Assembly: GCA_036275255.1 (NCBI GenBank)
Contig: DASUEC010000030.1
Location: forward strand, 1 to 33,366
Direction: 5' to 3'
Length of the DNA: 33,366 nt
Source: Limnobacter sp.
GTDB taxonomy: Bacteria > Pseudomonadota > Gammaproteobacteria > Burkholderiales > Burkholderiaceae_B
The notes under the pieces were generated by a model, which saw only the letters and a program-made list of their open reading frames with translations, was not told where the DNA came from and searched no databases. Shown here in pieces: positions 1 through 8,548 of this stretch (its first letter is position 1; every line of letters begins with the position of its first letter). The position numbers and the translations under genes were made by a program.

Positions 1-62
1 GCAGCAATGCCTTTGCCCAGAGACGAGACAACCCCGCCTGTAACGAATACGTATTTGGTCAT
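1..62 (-). CDS. pyrG: CTP synthase, N-terminal fragment (runs off the window)
   Basis: Reverse complement of 62..1 reads MTKYVFVTGGVVSSLGKGIA, the conserved PyrG N-terminus. Not in the ORF track. Confidence 0.95.
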   Translation of the reverse strand, partial: MTKYVFVTGGVVSSLGKGIA

Positions 63-141
63 GGTGCCAAGCGGCGCAAAGCGCGCAGTTGGAAACGGGA
101 ATTATAACCCGAGCGCGCTTGGCCCATGCCAAAGAACATCA

Positions 142-783
142 TCAAAACAGCAGTTGGCACCCTGTTTTTTCTTGAAGCTCTTCAGTGCTCACGCCTGGCG
201 CCACTTCCAGCACTTTCAGCCCCCCTGGCGTCACATCCATCACCGCCAAGTCCGTGATGATGCGATTCACAACGGCCTTGCCCGTGAGCGGCAGATTGCA
301 ATCCTTGAGGATTTTCAGATCGGTGGTGCCATCTTTCTTTTTCGCCACATGTTCCATGAGCACGACCACACGAGACACACCCGCGACCAGATCCATGGCA
401 CCGCCCATCCCCTTGACCAATTTGCCAGGAATCATCCAGTTGGCGAGATCACCTTTCTCGCTCACCTGCATCGCCCCCAAAATCGCGAGGTTGATGTGCC
501 CGCCACGAATCATGGCAAACGATTCTGAGCTGGAAAAGAACGCCGAACCAGGCAGCGTGGTTACGGTCTGCTTTCCTGCGTTAATCAGGTCAGCATCCAC
601 CTGGTCTTCGTCCGGAAAGGGCCCGATGCCCAACAGCCCGTTCTCGCTTTGAAGCATGACGCTCATGCCTTGCGGAATGTGATTGCTCACGAGCGTGGGC
701 AGGCCAATGCCCAGATTCACATAAAAACCATCTTGCAATTCATTGGCAGCGCGCGCTGCCATTTCGTCTCTTGTCCATGCCAT
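142..783 (-). CDS. scoB: 3-oxoacid CoA-transferase subunit B
   Basis: [13 protein letters not shown] start, [12 protein letters not shown], catalytic [16 protein letters not shown]. Start moved to ATG at 783. Confidence 0.92.
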   Translation of the reverse strand: MAWTRDEMAARAANELQDGFYVNLGIGLPTLVSNHIPQGMSVMLQSENGLLGIGPFPDEDQVDADLINAGKQTVTTLPGSAFFSSSESFAMIRGGHINLAILGAMQVSEKGDLANWMIPGKLVKGMGGAMDLVAGVSRVVVLMEHVAKKKDGTTDLKILKDCNLPLTGKAVVNRIITDLAVMDVTPGGLKVLEVAPGVSTEELQEKTGCQLLF

Positions 784-799
784 GGTGTGGTGCTCCAAA

Positions 800-1507
800 T
801 CAGGCTGAAGTGCTGGTGGTACGCTTCTCAATCCGCTTTTCAGGATTGGCGTTCAACACCAAACGTTGTACATAAATACCTGGGGTGTGAATGAAATTCG
901 GATCAAGCGCCCCCACTTCAACCACTTCTTCCACCTCAGCCACAGTGAACTTGGAAGCCGCTGCGCATTCTGGATTGAAGTTGCGCGCCGTGAGGCGATA
1001 AATCAGATTGCCCGATTTGTCTGCTTTCCAGGCCTTGACCAGAGAAATATCCGCAGTCAGGCTGTGCTCAAGCACGTAGTTTTCACCGTTGATCACCCGG
1101 GTTTCCTTGCCCTCGGCAATCTGGGTGCCAAATCCGGTTTTGGTAAAAAACGCCGGAATGCCTGCACCACCAGCCCTCAATTTCTCGGCCAATGTGCCCT
1201 GTGGCGTGAACTCAAGCTCCAGTTCACCACTGAGATACTGACGCTCAAACTCCTTGTTCTCACCAACATACGACGAGATCATTTTTCGAACCTGACGGGT
1301 CTCCAGCAGACGCCCCAAACCAAAGCCATCCACACCCGCATTGTTCGAAATAACAGTGAGGTTCCTGGCCCCCGAGGCACACACCGCGTCAATCAAAGCC
1401 TCGGGAATACCGCATAGCCCGAATCCGCCCACGGCCAATGTCATGCCGTCTTTGATTTTGTCGGCCAACGCCTCCGTGGCGCTTCCAACGAGTTTGTTCA
1501 TCCCCAT
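800..1507 (-). CDS. scoA: 3-oxoacid CoA-transferase subunit A
   Basis: [29 protein letters not shown] motifs. AGGGA Shine-Dalgarno before ATG 1507 (ATG 1501 is an alternative). Confidence 0.92.
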   Translation of the reverse strand: MGMNKLVGSATEALADKIKDGMTLAVGGFGLCGIPEALIDAVCASGARNLTVISNNAGVDGFGLGRLLETRQVRKMISSYVGENKEFERQYLSGELELEFTPQGTLAEKLRAGGAGIPAFFTKTGFGTQIAEGKETRVINGENYVLEHSLTADISLVKAWKADKSGNLIYRLTARNFNPECAAASKFTVAEVEEVVEVGALDPNFIHTPGIYVQRLVLNANPEKRIEKRTTSTSA

Positions 1508-1716
1508 GTCATGGTCCCTTTTGCTTGAAAATTTGTGGCCATAGTGTACCGTTTGAAAGCACACGCACTTTCTGCTGCAATGCACAAAAAGCAAGTTTGT
1601 CAGACTAGAGATCAAAGTCAACTATTTTTTCCCGTTATGCAATAAGCTTTCGGCTTAAAATCCAAGCTGTGCCTAGGTTGCACAACATATTGCGAACATT
1701 GAAGGAGACGCACGCA

Positions 1717-3369
1717 ATGTCGGCTGTTGAAAGAGACATGATGGAATATGATGTGGTGGTGGTGGGAGGCGGCCCGGCTGGCTTGTCCACAGCCATCCGC
1801 CTGAAGCAACTGGCCACAGAAAGGGGCCAGGAAATCAATGTGTGCGTGCTTGAAAAAGGCTCTGAAGTGGGCGCTCACATTTTGTCGGGCGCAGTCATGG
1901 ACCCCCGTGCAATCACCGAGCTCTTTCCGGACTGGAAAGAGCGCGGCGCTCCGCTGCACACCGAAGTCACCGAAGACCAATTTCTTTTCCTCACCGAAAA
2001 GTCGGCCAAAAAAGTGCCCAACGCCCTGCTGCCTGAGTGCTTCCAGAACCACGGCAACTACGTCATCAGCCTTGCCAATGTGGTGCGCTGGCTCGGTGAG
2101 CAGGCCGAGGCGCTGGGTGTTGAGGTGTTTCCCGGCTTTGCCGGCGCCGAGGTTCTCTACGACGAGAAAGGCGCAGTCAAGGGCGTTCAAACCGGGGACA
2201 TGGGCATCGGCAAAGATGGTGAAGCAACCCACGCCTACCAGCCTGGCATGGAGTTGCATGCCAAATACACGGTCTTTGCCGAGGGCGTGCGCGGTCACCT
2301 GGGCAAGCGCGTGATCGAAAAATTCAACCTGAATGAAGGTCGCGACCCTCAGGTGTATGGCATTGGCCTGAAGGAACTTTGGGAAATTGACCCGGCCAAG
2401 CACAAGCCTGGCTTGGTTATCCACTCAGGCGGATGGCCGCTTGATTCCAGCACATACGGCGGTTCGTTTCTGTATCACCTTGAAAACAACCAGGTTGCCG
2501 TGGGTTTTGTGGTTGGTCTTGCCTACGAAAACCCTTACCTGTCTCCGTTTGAAGAGTTTCAGCGTTACAAAACACACCCTGAAATCCGCAAATATTTTGA
2601 AGGTGGCAAACGGATTGCTTACGGCGCACGCGCCATTGCCGCAGGAGGCTTGATGAGCCTCCCCAAACTGGTCTTTCCCGGTGGTGCGCTGGTGGGCTGC
2701 GATGCCGGTTTCCTCAACGCTTCACGCATCAAAGGCAGCCATGCAGCCATCAAAAGCGGCATGTTGTGCGCGCAGGCAATCGCCGATGCGTTGGCCCAAG
2801 ACCGCGCAGGGGACGAACTTGAAGCCTACCCCAAGGCGTTCCACGACTCATGGCTGTTTGACGAGCTCTATCGGGCACGCAATTTCAAACAGTGGATGAG
2901 CAAAGGTCTTTACACCGGCACCATGATGGTGGGCATTGAGCAAAAGCTTTTCAAAGGCAAGGTGCCCTGGACCCTGCATCACAAGCATGCAGACCACGAG
3001 TGCCTGCGGCCAGCATCTGAATTTGAACCCATCAACTACCCAAAGCCAGACGGCAAAATCACATTCGACCGCCTGAGCTCGGTGTTTATCTCGAACACCA
3101 ACCATGAAGAAAATCAGCCAGCGCACCTCACACTCAAAGACCCGGGCGTGCCCGTGTCAGTCAATTTGAGCAAATACGCTGGCCCAGAGCAACGTTACTG
3201 CCCGGCAGGCGTGTACGAGTACGTCAAAAAGGACGACGGCTTGGACCAATTGCAGATCAATGCGCAAAACTGCGTTCACTGCAAAACCTGTGACATCAAG
3301 GACCCCACGCAAAACATTGTCTGGATAACACCGGAAGGTGGTGGTGGTCCCAACTACCCCAACATGTAA
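1717..3369 (+). CDS. Electron transfer flavoprotein-ubiquinone oxidoreductase
   Basis: FAD motif VVVVGGGPAGLS, GAHILSGA, C-terminal 4Fe-4S CPAGVYE...NCVHCKTCDIKDP. AAGGAG Shine-Dalgarno before ATG 1717. Confidence 0.96.
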   Translation: MSAVERDMMEYDVVVVGGGPAGLSTAIRLKQLATERGQEINVCVLEKGSEVGAHILSGAVMDPRAITELFPDWKERGAPLHTEVTEDQFLFLTEKSAKKVPNALLPECFQNHGNYVISLANVVRWLGEQAEALGVEVFPGFAGAEVLYDEKGAVKGVQTGDMGIGKDGEATHAYQPGMELHAKYTVFAEGVRGHLGKRVIEKFNLNEGRDPQVYGIGLKELWEIDPAKHKPGLVIHSGGWPLDSSTYGGSFLYHLENNQVAVGFVVGLAYENPYLSPFEEFQRYKTHPEIRKYFEGGKRIAYGARAIAAGGLMSLPKLVFPGGALVGCDAGFLNASRIKGSHAAIKSGMLCAQAIADALAQDRAGDELEAYPKAFHDSWLFDELYRARNFKQWMSKGLYTGTMMVGIEQKLFKGKVPWTLHHKHADHECLRPASEFEPINYPKPDGKITFDRLSSVFISNTNHEENQPAHLTLKDPGVPVSVNLSKYAGPEQRYCPAGVYEYVKKDDGLDQLQINAQNCVHCKTCDIKDPTQNIVWITPEGGGGPNYPNM

Positions 3370-3379
3370 CGCACCAAGC

Positions 3380-3408
3380 ACCGCCGGCCAGTCCGGCGGT
3401 TTTTGTTT
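3380..3408 (+). terminator. Intrinsic terminator after ETF-QO
   Basis: ACCGCCGG-ccagt-CCGGCGGT perfect 8-bp stem followed by TTTTGTTT. Confidence 0.85.
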
Positions 3409-3575
3409 ATGGCGACAGGTCAGCGGATGCCAGAATGCCCGCAACGGCCACACGCCCCTGCAGAGACCAACACACTGGTATCACCCCAACGCCCTGCGTG
3501 AGTGACCCGAATGATTTGTTGAGCAATCACCAAGCTGTGACTACAGTCATTTTGCTTTCTTCTCAACAAACCAAC

Positions 3576-4079
3576 ATGCGCCTACCACCCGACTACTACT
3601 ATGGATCCATTGGATCCAAAACGCCTGCCTTTTTTGGCACCACACGAGAAACGGTTGAAATCAAACACCGCAACAACCATGGTCTTCAGTTGGTCAACGG
3701 CTCAAGCTTCTACAGGTGCATTTACTGCCAGCATGATCCTAGATTGCAAACCTTGATGCCACAACGCGGTCTGCATCCACGGGAGCTCATGCAGATTGAC
3801 CACATTGTTCCTTTTTCAGTCATTCAGGGCAATATCACAGCCTATTACACGCAAGAGGACTATCTCCAACTTGCACGACATGGCTTTTTGCCGAACCCTG
3901 ACGTTGGGAAATCTGCCGGCTGGAACAACAAGGACCTTCTGCAACTCACCCTGCTCTACAACGACATTGACAATCTTCACCTCACTTGCACCGCCCACAA
4001 TCAGGAAAAGGGAAACACCCTGCACTACCTGAATCTCTCGCCCGCTTACCTTCGACAAACCGTTTACCCCAACCCTTGA
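3576..4079 (+). CDS. Standalone HNH-family endonuclease (167 aa)
   Basis: CIYC...IDHIVP...YNDIDNLHLTCTAHNQEKG, matching the CxxC / DH / NL-x3-CxxHN-xx-K HNH pattern. ATG 3576 chosen because the upstream ORF extension looks non-coding; start uncertain. Confidence 0.75.
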   Translation: MRLPPDYYYGSIGSKTPAFFGTTRETVEIKHRNNHGLQLVNGSSFYRCIYCQHDPRLQTLMPQRGLHPRELMQIDHIVPFSVIQGNITAYYTQEDYLQLARHGFLPNPDVGKSAGWNNKDLLQLTLLYNDIDNLHLTCTAHNQEKGNTLHYLNLSPAYLRQTVYPNP

Positions 4080-4092
4080 ACAGGAGTGCCTC

Positions 4093-4770
4093 ATGGCCAC
4101 CATACGAGATTTGATCAAAGACAACGACGATGTGAACAATCTGGCAGCAGACGCCAGAAAACACCTCGACGCCCTCATGGCATTGGCAGAAACCAAAGGA
4201 GAATTGTTCAGGGAAAGAATCACCACGAGCATCATGAACGCAGGTGTGGGGTCTGACAAAACCATTCCGATCACACAGATCCTGGATTCATCGATGGAGG
4301 TTCGAGCCTACAGAAAACAAAGCGCAGACAAGCTCAAAGACACCATCAAATCCTCGGTCGGCAGCTTCGTTGCCGGTGGAAAGGAAAACATCGTCAACGG
4401 AGTAACGGGCCTGCTGAGCACTGCCATTGATGCTCTGTTCGGCAGTTCCGAGGCGGGGGGCGTTGAGTTCCAAAAATACTATGTGCTCACCGAAGGGCTA
4501 TCAATCATTCGGCTGGATGTGTGGGGGTGGGCCCAAAAAATTGAAGCCACCTCGCTGACTTCGATTGCAGAACAAATTTCAGTGTTCACCTATTTCAAGT
4601 CGGCTGTGGATGTTCGGCATCTGGATTTCAATGCGTTTTTGTCGCTTTACCAGAATGTGATGCTTCACGAAGATGCTGCGATGAGCAGCAAAGACATTGA
4701 AAAAGAGCTCGATGAGGTGGGCGAAGTGTTTGACCTGTTCAAAAAACACGAGATCGCAGGCATTTCATGA
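4093..4770 (+). CDS. Hypothetical protein (225 aa), probably co-transcribed with the HNH gene
   Basis: AGGAG Shine-Dalgarno, 13 nt after the HNH stop, protein-like composition. No family recognised. Confidence 0.8.
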   Translation: MATIRDLIKDNDDVNNLAADARKHLDALMALAETKGELFRERITTSIMNAGVGSDKTIPITQILDSSMEVRAYRKQSADKLKDTIKSSVGSFVAGGKENIVNGVTGLLSTAIDALFGSSEAGGVEFQKYYVLTEGLSIIRLDVWGWAQKIEATSLTSIAEQISVFTYFKSAVDVRHLDFNAFLSLYQNVMLHEDAAMSSKDIEKELDEVGEVFDLFKKHEIAGIS

Positions 4771-4821
4771 GGCTTTGTGTGGATTGAAACTCGCCGGGGC
4801 ACCGCCCGAATGTGATTTGGC

Positions 4822-6471
4822 TTACCCCCCGGCAGAAACTGACCTCGCCTGCTTCGCGCCCTGCCGTATCAAAAACAGAATGGGAACAAGCGCAACCATC
4901 ACAATCGTCAATGCAGGCACCGCCGCTTCAGCGAGCCGTTCATCCGACGCAAATTGATACGAGACCACAGCCAAGGTGTCAAAGTCAAAAGGCCGCAACA
5001 CCAATGTCGCTGGCAACTCTTTGATCACATCCACCAAAACAAGCAAGATGCCGGTGGCGATGGAGCCCCTCAATACAGGGAGATGGACTTGCCAAAGCAC
5101 CTGACGAGGCGTGCGCCCAAGCACCCGTGCCGATTCATCAATGTGGCGGGTAATCTGTTGCAGGCCAGAGTCCACCGACTGAAGCGCGGCCGAAGTAAAA
5201 CGCACGTTGTAGGCGTACACAAGCGCCATCACACTTCCCGTCAAGGCGGGCAACTGCCAGCCCCAATCGTAAGTGAAACGATCAAATGCCGCCAAAGGCA
5301 ACAGAATGGCAATGGCAAGAATGGCACCCGGCACACCATAGCCCAGCGACACCAAGCGATAAACACCTGCAACCCACCACACATTGGTTTGCCGTTTTAC
5401 ATAAGCCAGAAAAATGGCCAGCACGACAGCCACCACCGCGGCCATGCCACCCAGCAGGGCCGAGTGATAAGCCCATCGAACACCACGGCTCCAATCGATC
5501 GACGTGTCAAGATCAACCACCAGCGCCAGCAAAAACCCAACTGGCAACACAAAACCCAACACAAAGGGCAAAGTGGACAACAAACAAACCACAACAGCCT
5601 GAAAACCTTTTAATCGACTGCGGGCGATGACCTGGCCTCGCCCTTGTTGGGTATAAAACTGGGCTCGACCGCGTGCCCGAGACTCGGCTGCGATCAGCCC
5701 AAGCATCACAATCAGCAGCATCACTGCCAACAATGCAGCGCTTTGCCGATCACCCATGTTCAACCAGGTGCTAAAAATTGCCGTCGTGAAAGTGCGCACA
5801 CCGAAATAGGACAAAGCGCCAAACTCTGACAAGGTTTCCATCAATACCAGAGCCAGGCCAGCAACCCATGCAGGGCGGGCCACAGGTAGCCCAACACGCA
5901 GAAACGCGCTGGTCGCACCGTGGCCGAGGGAACGCGCCGCGTCGAGCATGGATGGGCTGCGACCCAGAAACGCTGTGCGTGCCATGATGTACACATATGG
6001 ATAGAGCACAAAACTGAGCACAAGCACAGCCCCTGGCAAAGAGCGAATCTCTGGCAAGCGAAAGTCTGGACCAAGCAATTCACGCAAGTTGGAAGCAAAC
6101 CAACCCGAATACTGCAAGGCATCGGTGTAAGCGTAGGCAATCACATACGAGGGCATCGCCAAGGGCAACAGCAGTAACCACTCCAGCCATTTTCGCCCCG
6201 GAAACTCATGGGCAGACACCCACCACGCCGGGAGCACACCCATGGAACTGGTCAGAAATACAACCCCAACGCACAGGTAGACGGTTTGACCAAGCAGATC
6301 GGGTAAAACGGTGCTGGCCAAGTGGGCAAGCACCGCGGGTGCATACAACAAGCTCTCACCCGCCATGCCAAGCAGATACACAAACGGCAGCAACAACAGC
6401 AAGGCCAGCACGAGCACAGAAACCCTGCTTCTGAATCCCAAATTAAACAAACAGACCGCCCAACATGGCAA
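4822..6471 (-). CDS. fbpB: Fe3+ ABC transporter permease (FbpB/SfuB type, two permease domains)
   Basis: FPGRKWLEWLLLLPLAMPSYVIAYAY, two EAA-like loops (LDAARSLG, DESARVLG), KELPATLVLRPFDFDTLA. Start codon uncertain. Confidence 0.88.
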   Translation of the reverse strand: MPCWAVCLFNLGFRSRVSVLVLALLLLLPFVYLLGMAGESLLYAPAVLAHLASTVLPDLLGQTVYLCVGVVFLTSSMGVLPAWWVSAHEFPGRKWLEWLLLLPLAMPSYVIAYAYTDALQYSGWFASNLRELLGPDFRLPEIRSLPGAVLVLSFVLYPYVYIMARTAFLGRSPSMLDAARSLGHGATSAFLRVGLPVARPAWVAGLALVLMETLSEFGALSYFGVRTFTTAIFSTWLNMGDRQSAALLAVMLLIVMLGLIAAESRARGRAQFYTQQGRGQVIARSRLKGFQAVVVCLLSTLPFVLGFVLPVGFLLALVVDLDTSIDWSRGVRWAYHSALLGGMAAVVAVVLAIFLAYVKRQTNVWWVAGVYRLVSLGYGVPGAILAIAILLPLAAFDRFTYDWGWQLPALTGSVMALVYAYNVRFTSAALQSVDSGLQQITRHIDESARVLGRTPRQVLWQVHLPVLRGSIATGILLVLVDVIKELPATLVLRPFDFDTLAVVSYQFASDERLAEAAVPALTIVMVALVPILFLIRQGAKQARSVSAGG

Positions 6472-6474
6472 AAT

Positions 6475-6493
6475 AAGATTGATAACGATTTTA
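6475..6493. promoter_or_regulatory. Possible Fur box between divergent fbpB and fbpC
   Basis: AAGATTGATAACGATTTTA matches 12/19 of GATAATGATAATCATTATC and lies between iron-uptake genes. Confidence 0.5.
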
Positions 6494-6559
6494 CTTTAAG
6501 TTCGTGGTAAAGACTCCTCATCAGAGACACACGCGGCAACCTTGCAGGTCTGGATCAGC

Positions 6560-7648
6560 ATGAGCAACAAACACAGCGTCCTCGCTGTAAATCAATTGAG
6601 CATCGCTTACGCGGGCAGTGCGCTGCCAGCTGTTCGACGGGTCAGCTTTGAGCTGGCGCGCGGGGAAATTGCCTGCCTGCTAGGCCCATCAGGTTGCGGC
6701 AAAACCACGCTGCTTCGAGCCATTGCAGGCTTTTTGATGCCCGTTGAAGGTGAAATTGCTTTAAACGGCGAGGTCGCCAGCCGAGCTGGCAAAGTCAAAA
6801 ACCCGGAATTGCGCAATGTGGGCGTTGTTTTTCAGGATTACGCCCTGTTTCCACACCTGAACGTGCGAAAAAACATCGAGTTTGGCTTGCACAAGGCAAA
6901 CGACGCCGACAAACGCAAGCGCAGTGCGGAATTGCTCGCACTGATCGGCCTTGAGGCACTGGCCGACCGTTACCCGCATGAACTCTCCGGTGGGCAGCAA
7001 CAGCGTGTGGCACTGGCACGCGCACTGGCCCCAAAACCTACACTTATCTTGCTGGACGAACCGTTCTCCAACCTTGACACCGAACTCAAGGAGCGCCTCA
7101 CGTTTGAGGTCCGCGAAATTCTGAAAGCCGAGAACATGAGCGCTATCTTGGTGACCCATGATCAGCACGAGGCTTTCAGCATGGCGGACCGAATCGGAGT
7201 GATGCATGCAGGTGAGTTGCAACAATGGGGCTCTTCATACAGCTTGTACCACCAGCCAAATTCCAGGATGGTGGCCGATTTTATCGGGCAGGGTGTGTTT
7301 TTACCTGGTAAGCGAACTGATCACGGCTTACAAATTGAATTGGCCCATTTGCGCGTGGCACAGGAAGAGCTGCCTCAAAGTGATGAGTTTGACGTGTTGA
7401 TCCGGCCCGATGACATTGTGCACGACGATGCCAGCCCAATGCAGGCCAAGGTCATTCGAAAATCTTTTAGAGGGGCTGACTTTTTATACACCCTTCAACT
7501 GGACAGCGGTGCCCAGGTTCTTGCTCTGGTTCCAAGCCATCACAACCACGCAATCGGTGAGCCAATTGGCATCAAGCTTGAACTCGATCACATCATCACA
7601 TTTGAGCGTCAAACTTCAGCCCAAACCGTGATCTCCGTGACCACCTGA
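6560..7648 (+). CDS. fbpC: Fe3+ ABC transporter ATP-binding protein
   Basis: Walker A GPSGCGKT, VFQDYALFPHL, LSGGQQQR, LLDEPFSNLD, C-terminal TOBE-like region (SHHNHAIGE). Confidence 0.9.
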   Translation: MSNKHSVLAVNQLSIAYAGSALPAVRRVSFELARGEIACLLGPSGCGKTTLLRAIAGFLMPVEGEIALNGEVASRAGKVKNPELRNVGVVFQDYALFPHLNVRKNIEFGLHKANDADKRKRSAELLALIGLEALADRYPHELSGGQQQRVALARALAPKPTLILLDEPFSNLDTELKERLTFEVREILKAENMSAILVTHDQHEAFSMADRIGVMHAGELQQWGSSYSLYHQPNSRMVADFIGQGVFLPGKRTDHGLQIELAHLRVAQEELPQSDEFDVLIRPDDIVHDDASPMQAKVIRKSFRGADFLYTLQLDSGAQVLALVPSHHNHAIGEPIGIKLELDHIITFERQTSAQTVISVTT

Positions 7649-8452
7649 GGGATTATGACTTGTCTCGGCGCTGTCAATGCCGGTTGCAGAGGAACTGATT
7701 GAGGAGGCCCCAGCCGATGCAAACAATTCAGACGCCTCCTGAACACTGCTTGGATTCGAAAAATCCAGTGTCAGAGGGAATGACTCTGGCGAGGTGAACA
7801 AACCATCCAAGGTCGCATCCAGCGTCGTGTTGTGATCAAAACCAGCCAAATGCGGCTGGGCAAACAAAGACGAATCCACCTGCACGGAGGTTAACAAATC
7901 CTCAAGACCGTTGCCCTGAAGTTGCAAGATTGCAGCCTCGATGTCCAGCGACAAATCACCGTAGTGCTCTTGGGTGAAAGAATTAAAATTCAGCAAATTG
8001 GCTTGAATTTGTGCAATAAGTGCATTGAGCTCTGGCAAAGACAGCTCGCCAAGAAGGGCCTGCTGCAAACCAGGAAGCTGATCCAGCAAGTCTGCGCCCA
8101 ACCGTTGAATTTCGATTTGATTGTCCATACCCTCTACCATACCAGCAAGGTCAGGATTTGCAAGCAGGGAAGGATCAACGTGGGCCAGGCTGACGTCGCC
8201 AGAAAAGAGGCTCACATCGCTGATGCAGGCTTGAGCCACACAGCGCAACTCACCAAGCTGAAGGCCAGGCGAGCCAACATCGTGACGCCCGACTGAAAAA
8301 TCCAAGGAGGCGATGCGAATCGCATTTACGCCATCGTAGGGCACGGAGTGCTCAAAAAGCTGTATCGAAGTGGCACGCACAGCATCCACCAGCACGCCCG
8401 CCTCTGGGCTGGATTCTGGATGAACGGTTAGCAGTATGGAGTGCGAGGCCAT
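7616..8452 (-). CDS. Hypothetical acidic, lysine-free protein (278 aa); candidate T1SS substrate or accessory protein
   Basis: Long ORF co-oriented with the T1SS genes. ATG 8452 lies just downstream of a promoter-like motif. No signal peptide seen. Confidence 0.7.
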   Translation of the reverse strand: MASHSILLTVHPESSPEAGVLVDAVRATSIQLFEHSVPYDGVNAIRIASLDFSVGRHDVGSPGLQLGELRCVAQACISDVSLFSGDVSLAHVDPSLLANPDLAGMVEGMDNQIEIQRLGADLLDQLPGLQQALLGELSLPELNALIAQIQANLLNFNSFTQEHYGDLSLDIEAAILQLQGNGLEDLLTSVQVDSSLFAQPHLAGFDHNTTLDATLDGLFTSPESFPLTLDFSNPSSVQEASELFASAGASSISSSATGIDSAETSHNPSGGHGDHGLG

Positions 8453-8486
8453 GGATTCGGCTTGGGATGTTAACAGTTGTATATTA

Positions 8487-8513
8487 TACGATCCGAGCCA
8501 AAAATTGGATTCA
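8487..8513 (-). promoter_or_regulatory. Putative ECF sigma promoter (TGAATCC-N16-CGTA) for the 278-aa gene
   Basis: Minus strand reads tttgaatccaatttttggctcggatcgtataa; near-identical copy at 16344-16375 on the plus strand. Confidence 0.65.
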
Positions 8514-8526
8514 AATATTGCCCACC

Positions 8527-8544
8527 TACCCAAAGTTGGGGGGT
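8527..8544. promoter_or_regulatory. Pseudo-palindromic 18-bp box TACCCAAAGTTGGGGGGT
   Basis: Resembles the boxes at 16183, 16215 and 16299; ends 13 nt upstream of the putative -35. Confidence 0.4.
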
Positions 8545-8548
8545 GTTG

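Noticed and set aside
7-528. 173-aa plus-strand ORF
   Set aside because: Antisense to both the pyrG start and scoB.
6432-6458. Third TGAATCC as another ECF promoter
   Set aside because: 16 nt later the sequence is ACCG, not (C/A)GTA, and the TTTTGGC spacer block is absent.
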